Source: an uncultured virus (IMG/VR IMGVR_UViG_3300031951_000043)
Lineage: Duplodnaviria > Heunggongvirae > Uroviricota > Caudoviricetes
IMG/VR virus record: IMGVR_UViG_3300031951_000043
DNA: 54,550 nucleotides
Direction: 5' to 3' (one strand)
Both the position numbers and the translations under genes were made by a program. Positions 1-8,439 of the stretch are shown one piece after another (the stretch's first letter is position 1; every line of letters starts with the position of its first letter). The notes beneath the pieces are model-generated. The model saw nothing but the letters and a program-made list of their open reading frames with translations, was not told where the DNA came from and did no database searches.

Positions 1-1
1 A

Positions 2-952
2 AATGATTTAATAAAACATTTAACTAAATTACTAGAACCCGGAATGACCTTAGAAAATTATGGTGAGTGGCATATCGATCATATAATTCCAATATCTAAA
101 TTTAATTACACCTCAACGCAAGATGATGAATTTAAGGAATGTTGGTCATTAAGTAATTTAAAACCCATGTGGGGTCCAGAAAACATTAGTAAGAGTGATA
201 AGATTATTGCGCATCAATATAAAATAAGACAACAAAAAGAAATCGAACAACAAAATGCAATTGATTTTAATATTACAAAAGTAAGTTTAAAGAATTGTGA
301 AATTAGACAGATAACTAGAAAAGAATGTGAACCAATCATAAATGAATATGAATGGTTAGGTTATCTTCCAAGATATACAAATTATTATTTTGGTATTTTC
401 TTTAAGATTGACGATAGAGAAATTCTTGGGGGTGTTGTCGCATATCAACCCGAATATGGTGAGAATATGGGGGTATGGGATAAATATGGTTATACGGGTA
501 AAATAATACAATTAAGCAGAGGTGTTTGTCTTTGGTGGACACCAAAAAATACAGCATCTTTCTTTATTACAAGAACAAATGAATGGTTAAAAAAGAATAC
601 ACACTATAAGGTAGTTACAGCAACCGTGGACTCTTCCGCTGGTGAAATTGGTACTATATATCAATCAATGAATTGGTATTATGTTGGTACGTTTGGTGGT
701 AATATAACAAAAACCGGTAAAGAGAGAATTCGTTATGGTTATATTATAAATGGTAAGACATACAATCAAAGACATATAAGAAGTATGATTGGTACAGCAA
801 AAAAAGAAAATGTGTTAAAGCATTTTCCAGATGTTAAAATGGTTAATTTGGGTAGGAAAAAAAGATATTTTACTTTCTTAGGTAATAAGAAAGAAAACGA
901 AGAACTATTCAAACCAATAAAAAATTTAATTAAGGAATATCCGAAACGATAA
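2..952 (+). CDS. HNH endonuclease-like domain fused to Mom-like (GNAT-fold) DNA adenine-modification protein; 5' partial
   Basis: The frame is open from the window edge (NDLIKHLTKLLEPGMTLENYGEWHIDHIIP...NLKPMW..EN..K = phage HNH motif). The C-terminal part has Mom-family motifs IQLSRG...ASFFI...TATVDSSAGEIGTIYQSMNWYYVG. Confidence 0.75.
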   Translation, partial: NDLIKHLTKLLEPGMTLENYGEWHIDHIIPISKFNYTSTQDDEFKECWSLSNLKPMWGPENISKSDKIIAHQYKIRQQKEIEQQNAIDFNITKVSLKNCEIRQITRKECEPIINEYEWLGYLPRYTNYYFGIFFKIDDREILGGVVAYQPEYGENMGVWDKYGYTGKIIQLSRGVCLWWTPKNTASFFITRTNEWLKKNTHYKVVTATVDSSAGEIGTIYQSMNWYYVGTFGGNITKTGKERIRYGYIINGKTYNQRHIRSMIGTAKKENVLKHFPDVKMVNLGRKKRYFTFLGNKKENEELFKPIKNLIKEYPKR

Positions 953-954
953 TA

Positions 955-1197
955 TTACCAAATTATTTTTTTCCAATCATCAATAAGTTTTTTTCTTTTT
1001 TCTTGGTCAATTCCAAGACTTTTTAAATCGTCCTCAATTTTTTGAACTAGTGTTGTTCTTTGTTCAATGATATTATCAACACCACCACCAAATGAAATTA
1101 CCTTTCCAATTTTTGTTACATTAGATAAAACTTCATGGTATTCTTGGGATGTTAATCCGGTTAAATGAAAGTTTGCTTGATATAATTGTTCACTCAT
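955..1197 (-). CDS. hypothetical protein (80 aa)
   Basis: ATG start, overlaps the stop of the upstream minus-strand gene, typical composition. Confidence 0.7.
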   Translation of the reverse strand: MSEQLYQANFHLTGLTSQEYHEVLSNVTKIGKVISFGGGVDNIIEQRTTLVQKIEDDLKSLGIDQEKRKKLIDDWKKIIW

Positions 1198-1402
1198 TGG
1201 TCATTATATATCTTAAAGCTTTGGATACAACTTCACTCTCCTCAAGAGAAAAGACTCCTCTTGAGTGTGCTGCTTTTATTGCTTGATTTAAACAATAAAT
1301 TGCTTGTTCATTTGTCATTCCATTTGAAAAAGCATCCAAATCATTATTTGAATAATAATTTATTGAATTAAATAACGTACCTATTGGTGTTTTTTCTTCC
1401 AT
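1190..1402 (-). CDS. hypothetical protein (70 aa)
   Basis: ATG start, coupled to the next gene. Confidence 0.7.
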   Translation of the reverse strand: MEEKTPIGTLFNSINYYSNNDLDAFSNGMTNEQAIYCLNQAIKAAHSRGVFSLEESEVVSKALRYIMTNE

Positions 1403-1461
1403 TTTTATTTAAATATATAAAAATTTATCTCGCATTCAAGATATTTATTGTAAAAACTTTT

Positions 1462-3063
1462 ATGAAAGTTAAAAAAGAAATAATTTTTAGATTTTTGGAT
1501 TTAAGATTTAGTCGATATACGTTGGTTAAATCAAAATGTTCTGTTACTGGTGATTTGAGTTTTATCGTACCAGCTTGGGCAATGTATGCAATTGAATGCG
1601 GTAATTACGAGACATTAAGTGAAGAGGAAATTGAAAGTCTTAATGATTTTTTGGATGATTTGGTTAAAACTTATGGTAATGCTGTGTTAGCTTTTGGGGA
1701 TGAATCATATTTTTCAACAATCAATGATATTGATAATTTAGGTGGTGACGTTTTTCAGGCTAGTTTAGTTCCAAGTGTAGTAAATACCTATATTGTGGAT
1801 TTAAATAACGATAAATTAATAATGAAACACGAATTTAAAAGTAATTATGTTTTTTTTAAGGATATAATATTTGAAATGAATTCTATTTTTAGTTTAAAAG
1901 AAGACGATTACAATTCACTTAGAGAAATTATTAATGAGTGGGTTGAGGACAGATTTAATATACCAAGAAGTTTATCGACATTTCATACATTCTCAAAAAT
2001 AAATTATCGTAACGATTTAATTTCATGTATAATGCGTAAGGCAGTTGAGACAAAAAAACTAGATTATCTTAATAATAAAAAAAATAATGTTTCAGAAAAT
2101 TCAAGTTCTAGATTTGCTGGTGAATATAATGGACCGATTGAGTTGGGTTTAAGAAAGTGGAAAAATCCTGAACTTAAACCTTTTAGTGAAATTTCTTCGC
2201 ATTTAGCAAATAACGATAGTAAAAGCAAAACACTTAAAGATAACATAAAACGTATTGTTGGAATGTGGGAAAAAGGTTCAGATGGAACATATGATATACC
2301 AACACATGATGTTGATACAATTAATGAGGATTTAGCTGTTTGGTTTGGTAAGAAAAAGAAACCAAAAGGTAGTAAACAACCACAAGGTCCGTGGGTTAAT
2401 ATTTGCAAAAAAGATAAAAATGGTAAACATCCCCCATGCGGTAGAGGTGAAGCAAAAACATCTGCATATCCAAAATGTCGTGGATATGCTGCTGCTAGAA
2501 GAATGTCAGATGAAGCAAAAAGAAAAGCTTGTTCTCAAAAAAGAAGAGCGGAAAAAAAAGAACCAAAAACTGGAAAAGGAAATAAACCAACAATGGTTTC
2601 ACATAAAAAGAAAGTTAAAATTAAGGAATCCGACCTTTATAATATTATAAAGCGAGTTCTTCTTGAGCAGGAGGAAGAAAAAAGAACTGTTACATTTCCT
2701 GCGGGAGCATTTAAATCTTTCATAACATCATCAAATGAAAAATTTGTTAAGATTCTTAATAACAAATATGATAGAGTTATTGTTAGTGGAGATTTGGATT
2801 TAGATGAGACAGATATTAAGATTTTACCAAATAATCTTGAAGTTAAGGGTATTCTCTTCTTAAGAGGGTCTTTGATTAAAGAATTACCAGAAAATCTTAA
2901 AGTTAATGGACAAATAGATTTAAGAAGTACTAATATTAAATCTTTACCGAATAATCTTGTACATGAAAAAGGTTTTATTTGGATATTAGACACACCGTTA
3001 AATTACAATGAAGAATTAATAAATCATTATGTGGATAAAAATTACGGGTTTTATAGATATTAA
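1462..3063 (+). CDS. multi-module putative virion protein: N-terminal unknown domain, basic Cys-containing domain (WVNICKK..HPPCGR..AYPKCR), C-terminal LRR cassette
   Basis: Long ORF. Start moved to ATG 1462, downstream of ATATTTAT at 1441. C-terminus from about 2611 is paralogous to 29068..29829. Confidence 0.75.
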   Translation: MKVKKEIIFRFLDLRFSRYTLVKSKCSVTGDLSFIVPAWAMYAIECGNYETLSEEEIESLNDFLDDLVKTYGNAVLAFGDESYFSTINDIDNLGGDVFQASLVPSVVNTYIVDLNNDKLIMKHEFKSNYVFFKDIIFEMNSIFSLKEDDYNSLREIINEWVEDRFNIPRSLSTFHTFSKINYRNDLISCIMRKAVETKKLDYLNNKKNNVSENSSSRFAGEYNGPIELGLRKWKNPELKPFSEISSHLANNDSKSKTLKDNIKRIVGMWEKGSDGTYDIPTHDVDTINEDLAVWFGKKKKPKGSKQPQGPWVNICKKDKNGKHPPCGRGEAKTSAYPKCRGYAAARRMSDEAKRKACSQKRRAEKKEPKTGKGNKPTMVSHKKKVKIKESDLYNIIKRVLLEQEEEKRTVTFPAGAFKSFITSSNEKFVKILNNKYDRVIVSGDLDLDETDIKILPNNLEVKGILFLRGSLIKELPENLKVNGQIDLRSTNIKSLPNNLVHEKGFIWILDTPLNYNEELINHYVDKNYGFYRY

Positions 3064-3461
3064 CCCAAAGACTCCAAAATTCTACTTAATGAGTGTTTAA
3101 TATTTGAATTAATTTCCTTTTCCATTTGAAGTCTGCGTTTCTCAACTTCATTGTTAAACTCAGAAATAATTTTTTCATAATTTACGCCCTCCATAAAAAT
3201 AGTATACGAATATACGTGGTTGACAATTTTTACCGTACCATCATGAATTACAATAAAAATACCGAGAGAATCGTTTTTAATATATCTTTTTTCACTAATT
3301 GGTGTTAAAAGGAGTGTAGTATCCTCTTTATGAATTAATTTCTCACAGATTTTAAAACATTTAAATTCATGTTGCTGTTTTTTTGTTAAAGCAACATTAC
3401 CAAATCTTTTAAATTTAATATAATTTTTTTGAAAAAATCTTTTAATTTTATGTAATAGCAT
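3060..3461 (-). CDS. hypothetical protein (133 aa)
   Basis: ORF preceded by a consensus Bacteroidota promoter. Confidence 0.75.
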   Translation of the reverse strand: MLLHKIKRFFQKNYIKFKRFGNVALTKKQQHEFKCFKICEKLIHKEDTTLLLTPISEKRYIKNDSLGIFIVIHDGTVKIVNHVYSYTIFMEGVNYEKIISEFNNEVEKRRLQMEKEINSNIKHSLSRILESLG

Positions 3462-3481
3462 GTTGGTTAATTAATTTAATG

Positions 3482-3512
3482 CAAAGATATGGAATGTTTT
3501 TCAAATTCCAAA
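3482..3512 (-). promoter_or_regulatory. Bacteroidota housekeeping-sigma promoter (TTTG-N19-TATCTTTG)
   Basis: The minus strand reads TTTG gaatttgaaaaacattcca TATCTTTG, matching the -33/-7 consensus TTTG-N19-21-TAnnTTTG, 20 nt upstream of ATG 3461. Confidence 0.75.
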
Positions 3513-3524
3513 ATATTTATGGAT

Positions 3525-5048
3525 ATGAAAAATATTTTAATAAATGATAATCAGTTAAAAAATTTGGTGGAATCAGTTAAACACATTTTAACTGAAGCCG
3601 ATAAAAGAAATGTTATTATAGACAAAATTGGTTATTCAAAAGAATGGGCGGATGAGTTCCATAACTTAAGCGATAAATATTCTGTGTGGATTGCTGACTC
3701 TTATCTAAAAAAGAAAATGTCTGATAATAACCGAACCAAAGAAGAAGTTTTAAAAAAAATAAATGAAAAAGGACCGGATGCAACATACACTTGGTTTAAT
3801 GGAATTCAAGCAACATATCAATATATTTTAGATTGGTTAAAGGTACCAAGAAGAGAAGAAATTGATTTACAAAATTTAACATATGATGATGCTTATTTAA
3901 AAGCGCGTGAATGGCATGAATCATTAAAGACCGGTGAAACAAAAAAATATGAAGAAACGGGCGAAATTATAATTGATTATCGGAATTCAAGAGGGGTTGG
4001 TTATTATTGGGTCAATCGAAAAACAAAGTATTGTAGCGAAGAACAAAAAAGAATGGGGCATTGTGGTAAAACAGATTTGGGTGATACATTATTTTCATTA
4101 AGAAATGTTAATGAATTTGGTGAAGGACAAAGTTTTATTACAATAGCCTATAAAAATGATGGTACCGTTTATGACTTCAAAGCATCGGGTAATCAAAAAC
4201 CATCACCAAAATATCATAAATATATTATAGACATTTTAACTCAGGATAAATATCCAATTAATAATTTATCAAGTGCTGGTCATTCACCAGAAACAAATTT
4301 TAAAATTTCTGATTTAAAACCAGAACAAATTGAATATGTGTACTCGAAGAATAAAGCATTAAAATATAATATTAATGATAAATCATCGCATCCATATATT
4401 GTTAAAGATATTTTAGACGGTAAACTAAATTTATCAAATTACTCAAAATCAGACCAAATTGATTTGATTAGAGCATCGAATGAGAATCCAAAATTAATGG
4501 AAATATTTAAAAACGAATTATCACATTTCAATAATTTATTATTGGGTAACACAAATAATATTAAGTTTATTGTTAAAAACTTTTTGGATGTATTTAAAGA
4601 TTTATTAATTGGTTATATTAATGAAAAAAATTATCCGCAGTTTAAACAAGCGTTGATTGTTATTAGTAGACTATTAAATGATTATAGGATAAATTTAATT
4701 GAACCATTTTGCGGAATTTTAGGAAAAGGTTTTACTAAATTTAAAAATAAGGAACTAGATATTATTAGTACCAGTGAAATTAACAGAGCAGTTTTAAGTT
4801 GCGCTAAAAAATATAAGTTAACCGATAAGTATGCTTATATATCTGATTTAAATAGACTTAATCACAGAATTGTAATTCCGGATGGTAAAGATAAAACGTT
4901 TGGTGTTATAGATGAGAAAGGAAATATAATTATAGGTTTTAATTATGTTAGCTTAAGTCTTAATAAAGATGGTAATTATATTGGTAGAACATTAGGTAAT
5001 GAAATTGAGGTATTGGACAAGACTGGAAATTTAATTATACCGCAATAA
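3525..5048 (+). CDS. putative virion-associated protein with PcfJ-like domain and C-terminal WG-like repeat
   Basis: EWHESLK...YYW...EEQKRMGHCG resembles PcfJ-like domains and FGVIDEKGNIII resembles a WG repeat. Start placed after ATATTTAT (3513-3520). Has the leader-like N-terminus. Confidence 0.6.
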   Translation: MKNILINDNQLKNLVESVKHILTEADKRNVIIDKIGYSKEWADEFHNLSDKYSVWIADSYLKKKMSDNNRTKEEVLKKINEKGPDATYTWFNGIQATYQYILDWLKVPRREEIDLQNLTYDDAYLKAREWHESLKTGETKKYEETGEIIIDYRNSRGVGYYWVNRKTKYCSEEQKRMGHCGKTDLGDTLFSLRNVNEFGEGQSFITIAYKNDGTVYDFKASGNQKPSPKYHKYIIDILTQDKYPINNLSSAGHSPETNFKISDLKPEQIEYVYSKNKALKYNINDKSSHPYIVKDILDGKLNLSNYSKSDQIDLIRASNENPKLMEIFKNELSHFNNLLLGNTNNIKFIVKNFLDVFKDLLIGYINEKNYPQFKQALIVISRLLNDYRINLIEPFCGILGKGFTKFKNKELDIISTSEINRAVLSCAKKYKLTDKYAYISDLNRLNHRIVIPDGKDKTFGVIDEKGNIIIGFNYVSLSLNKDGNYIGRTLGNEIEVLDKTGNLIIPQ

Positions 5049-5466
5049 TATCACCATCTTCTGTTACCATTATACCATCATCATATTTAAACGTTCCGTT
5101 ATTACCCCTTATGTACCATTGATTTTTTTCTTGGTAAATACCAACATTTCTACAATTCAAAAATTTATTTAATCTATCTTTTGTTGTCGGTGTCCACCAA
5201 CCTTTGGTATCTAATTTTATAATATTTGTGGGGTCTATTTTAATGATATATGTGCTATGGTATCTAATACCAATTTCGTTAATATCTGTTTTACTTAATA
5301 AAGTATTGTGACCAATTTTCTTACTTTCTCTATTACCTAACTCTTCTTTTAATTTATCATAATTTAATGATGTGCATGATAGATTAACTCTTTCTTTTAT
5401 TAATCGTTTGGTTGAGTTAATCAAAGTTTCAAGTTGTGATTCTGTTATTATTATATTCTTTTTCAT
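5035..5466 (-). CDS. hypothetical phage protein with IITESQL leader and GWWTPTTKDRLN motif
   Basis: 143 aa ORF with the shared N-terminal leader. Confidence 0.75.
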   Translation of the reverse strand: MKKNIIITESQLETLINSTKRLIKERVNLSCTSLNYDKLKEELGNRESKKIGHNTLLSKTDINEIGIRYHSTYIIKIDPTNIIKLDTKGWWTPTTKDRLNKFLNCRNVGIYQEKNQWYIRGNNGTFKYDDGIMVTEDGDIIAV

Positions 5467-5485
5467 TTTGTTAATAATTTATTAT

Positions 5486-6346
5486 TTATTTATTTCTCCA
5501 ACCACCACCTTGTTTTTTATACCATTTTGCCGCCCAACCACTAGCATAAGCCGAAGGCCAAACTTTATATTTTGATTTTGCTAAAGATTTTGCTTTTGAC
5601 CATAGTTTTTTATTTGTTGGTTCACGTTTTGTTTCCTCATCCAATGGTCCAACAACAAATTCATCGTCCTCTTCATTCATCATAAAATCAAAAACTTGAT
5701 CCAAATTTTCTGTTGCGGTTGTAATGTGGTCATCCGCCCAATCATGTCCATTTTGAAGTATGTCTTCAATCATTTGCGGTTCTAATGATAATAGTTTATC
5801 AATCTGTCTTCGCATTTGCTTCAAGTTGCTAAAAAACATGTAATTACCTGTTTTTTGCTCTTGGATTTTTGCATTTATTAATTCTATTAACTGCGATTCT
5901 GTTAATTTAATTGTTTTTTTCATTGTTATATTTCTATTTTCTTTTATTCCATCTCTTTTCTTTATTAAATCCGAAACTTTACCATGTGGGGGAAATTCAA
6001 TAAACTTAAATAATTCTAATGCCCAACTTTCAACATAAGGTACAATTTCTTTTCTCTCAACACCCATAGCTGATGTGATATTATCTACTAACATACTTCG
6101 CATTGAGACCGAAGTTCTATCATGTTGTGTAGGTTCAAAACCTATTTCACTAAATTTTTGTTTTTCATTATAAAAAACTATTTCATTTTTAGCGTCACGT
6201 AATTCTTCTTCGGTATAGGATGGGTCAGCAAAAAGTTCAGGACCATAAGCTATTATCATAGCATTATAATATGTCATAACTAAACATTTAGATAATATAG
6301 CATCTAAATAAACATAAACCCCCCTCTTTATTTTTTCCGGATTCAT
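5486..6346 (-). CDS. multi-module protein with C-terminal DUF5872-like motif
   Basis: C-terminal KLWSKAKSLAKSKYKVWPSAYASGWAAKWYKKQGGGW. Internal MKKTIKLTESQL at 5923 may be a second start. Confidence 0.65.
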   Translation of the reverse strand: MNPEKIKRGVYVYLDAILSKCLVMTYYNAMIIAYGPELFADPSYTEEELRDAKNEIVFYNEKQKFSEIGFEPTQHDRTSVSMRSMLVDNITSAMGVERKEIVPYVESWALELFKFIEFPPHGKVSDLIKKRDGIKENRNITMKKTIKLTESQLIELINAKIQEQKTGNYMFFSNLKQMRRQIDKLLSLEPQMIEDILQNGHDWADDHITTATENLDQVFDFMMNEEDDEFVVGPLDEETKREPTNKKLWSKAKSLAKSKYKVWPSAYASGWAAKWYKKQGGGWRNK

Positions 6347-7932
6347 TATTTCTTATTAACAATTTGAAATTTAATGGCTCTCTTATAAGTATCCTTTTCT
6401 CCACTAGTATTCACTTTTAAGTCAACAAAATATTCATTCGGGAGCTTATCTCTCATATCAAAAATAAAATAATATTCATTTGGTGTTCTATTAACTAATG
6501 TCCAATCTTGAACCTGAACTTCGGTTTGACCCTCTCTCACATAAACTCTATAATAAACCTCAACATCGGTTAAAAGTTGTTGTGTTGTATATGCTTTTTT
6601 AACAATAACACCAATTTTTCTAACATCAGTATTTAATATTTTTTCATCCTGTTTAATTCCATAAAAATCAAATCCTAAAATCGCGGGTTCTTTTGATTCA
6701 GTACCAATGTTAAAATAACTACCATAAGGTTTTATGATTAAATCATTTTCAACATTTGGTAATGGAATTCCATTGATTGCAATATTGCTCCAAACATCGG
6801 TATATTGACAAGGTGTTGTAATTCCTGTTATAGAGGGAATCGTTACCTCATATATACCTTTTGTTATTAAGCACGTTGTTAACCCCATATAACCAGATAT
6901 CGGGTCTCCATTGGTATCTAAAATTGATACAACTGGATTGTTATCAAAATTTACATAATCACCATTAACATATGCGTAAAGATAAAGTTTGTTTTGTCTG
7001 TACTGAACAAAATTATTTCTATCATCTTGTATTAAATCATCATAAACCGTCTCAAGATATGGTTCATAAAATGTTTGTGTGTGTCTGGTAAAGAATCCAA
7101 CGGAATAATTTTCAGATAAGCCGGTTAAATTCTCAAGTTCAGGTTTAAATGCAATTCCCCAACCTGTAACACCCGTTAATGAACCATTTATAATTGAATT
7201 TATTTCATTTGTCATATCAAATTCAATATCCTCATTTCCAAATTCAAAATGTTGGATATTGACAATGGTAATTGCGCTATAATTAATATTTCCGTTATTC
7301 TCATTGTTATATATTCCCGGTTCAGACCAATAATCTAAAGTTGTTCTTTTTAACCAATTTGAGGGTCTCTGAGAGTATGACTTGTCTTCTGGTTCATAAA
7401 GTGGAACAGAAGCTCCCTGAGTCGAATTTAATGAGGTTGAGAAGTTATTATAATCATAACCAACACCTTCATCCCATAAAGCCAGTCCTTGGTCATAAAT
7501 GCAAGTTGTTATTGCGGTTGGGTTTGGTATAATTGGGTCGCAAGGGTCAATTGGTGTTGGTATTGGATTTCCGCTAATTGTACATGCTGCAATTTGGGGA
7601 ATTCTAAATAAAATTAAATCAAAAGATGTTGCTCTTCTTCTACCGGAAGAATCTAATATATTTAATAGTTCTTTGTCAAAAGCGGATGTATTTGTCATAC
7701 GTAACGTGTGGGTCATCGCTGTTGTACACCCAGTTGAAATTGTTGTTCCAGTTATCTTATCAATTAATGGTTCTAAGTCCAAATCAAAGATAAATCTTGT
7801 ATAACCTTTTGGAGCGATAGAATTGGGGTTTGTACCAAAATACAACTCAGTTACCGGATTTTGTCCGGTGTTTGTGCAATTATTGTAAATAATGGTATTA
7901 TTTCTGCTAAAATATGACCTGTGTATTGACAT
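6346..7932 (-). CDS. putative structural (baseplate/tail) protein, beta-rich
   Basis: 528 aa, Thr/Asn/Gly-rich, preceded by the ATATTTAT motif, close to the spike gene. Confidence 0.6.
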   Translation of the reverse strand: MSIHRSYFSRNNTIIYNNCTNTGQNPVTELYFGTNPNSIAPKGYTRFIFDLDLEPLIDKITGTTISTGCTTAMTHTLRMTNTSAFDKELLNILDSSGRRRATSFDLILFRIPQIAACTISGNPIPTPIDPCDPIIPNPTAITTCIYDQGLALWDEGVGYDYNNFSTSLNSTQGASVPLYEPEDKSYSQRPSNWLKRTTLDYWSEPGIYNNENNGNINYSAITIVNIQHFEFGNEDIEFDMTNEINSIINGSLTGVTGWGIAFKPELENLTGLSENYSVGFFTRHTQTFYEPYLETVYDDLIQDDRNNFVQYRQNKLYLYAYVNGDYVNFDNNPVVSILDTNGDPISGYMGLTTCLITKGIYEVTIPSITGITTPCQYTDVWSNIAINGIPLPNVENDLIIKPYGSYFNIGTESKEPAILGFDFYGIKQDEKILNTDVRKIGVIVKKAYTTQQLLTDVEVYYRVYVREGQTEVQVQDWTLVNRTPNEYYFIFDMRDKLPNEYFVDLKVNTSGEKDTYKRAIKFQIVNKK

Positions 7933-8021
7933 TCAAATCTGTTTTCTAATAAATATTGGGTTTTTAATTAAAATTGATTTGTTTCAAGATATTTATATAA
8001 TACCAAACCAACAACAACCAA

Positions 8022-8438
8022 ATGAAAAAATGTTTAATTTTTTTATTGTTTTTATTATTTGGTAATCTAGCTATATCTCAGGATAATAAAACTATGATGT
8101 ATGTCAGAATAGTTGATAGTAATTTATTAAATCCTGTGGAGTGCGAAGTTCAGATTTGGAAAGAAACTGAAGGAGGAAAATACACTAGAGGGTCGATAGT
8201 TTTTATTCAGCAAGCAAAAATTTCATTAAGTAAAGGTAAATATACTTTTTATTTTAAAATTAACGATAAAATTATACATAAAGACTATATTGAGGTTGGT
8301 CAGTATGATAATAGTATTATATATAATTTATACGCTAACCCATTAAAATTATTGGATGCCGATTTTAATCAAATTTCAATAATTACACCGGAAGTTCATA
8401 GATTTTTAAATCATAGAACGGTTTATATTGAATTATAA
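8022..8438 (+). CDS. secreted hypothetical protein with Sec signal peptide
   Basis: MKKCLIFLLFLLFGNLAIS|QD signal peptide; own ATATTTAT motif at 7989. Confidence 0.75.
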   Translation: MKKCLIFLLFLLFGNLAISQDNKTMMYVRIVDSNLLNPVECEVQIWKETEGGKYTRGSIVFIQQAKISLSKGKYTFYFKINDKIIHKDYIEVGQYDNSIIYNLYANPLKLLDADFNQISIITPEVHRFLNHRTVYIEL

Positions 8439-8439
8439 A

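Noticed and set aside
1384..1461. ORF-track upstream extensions (1384, 3489, 20526, 50918)
   Set aside because: They overlap neighbouring genes or promoter motifs; downstream ATGs fit better.
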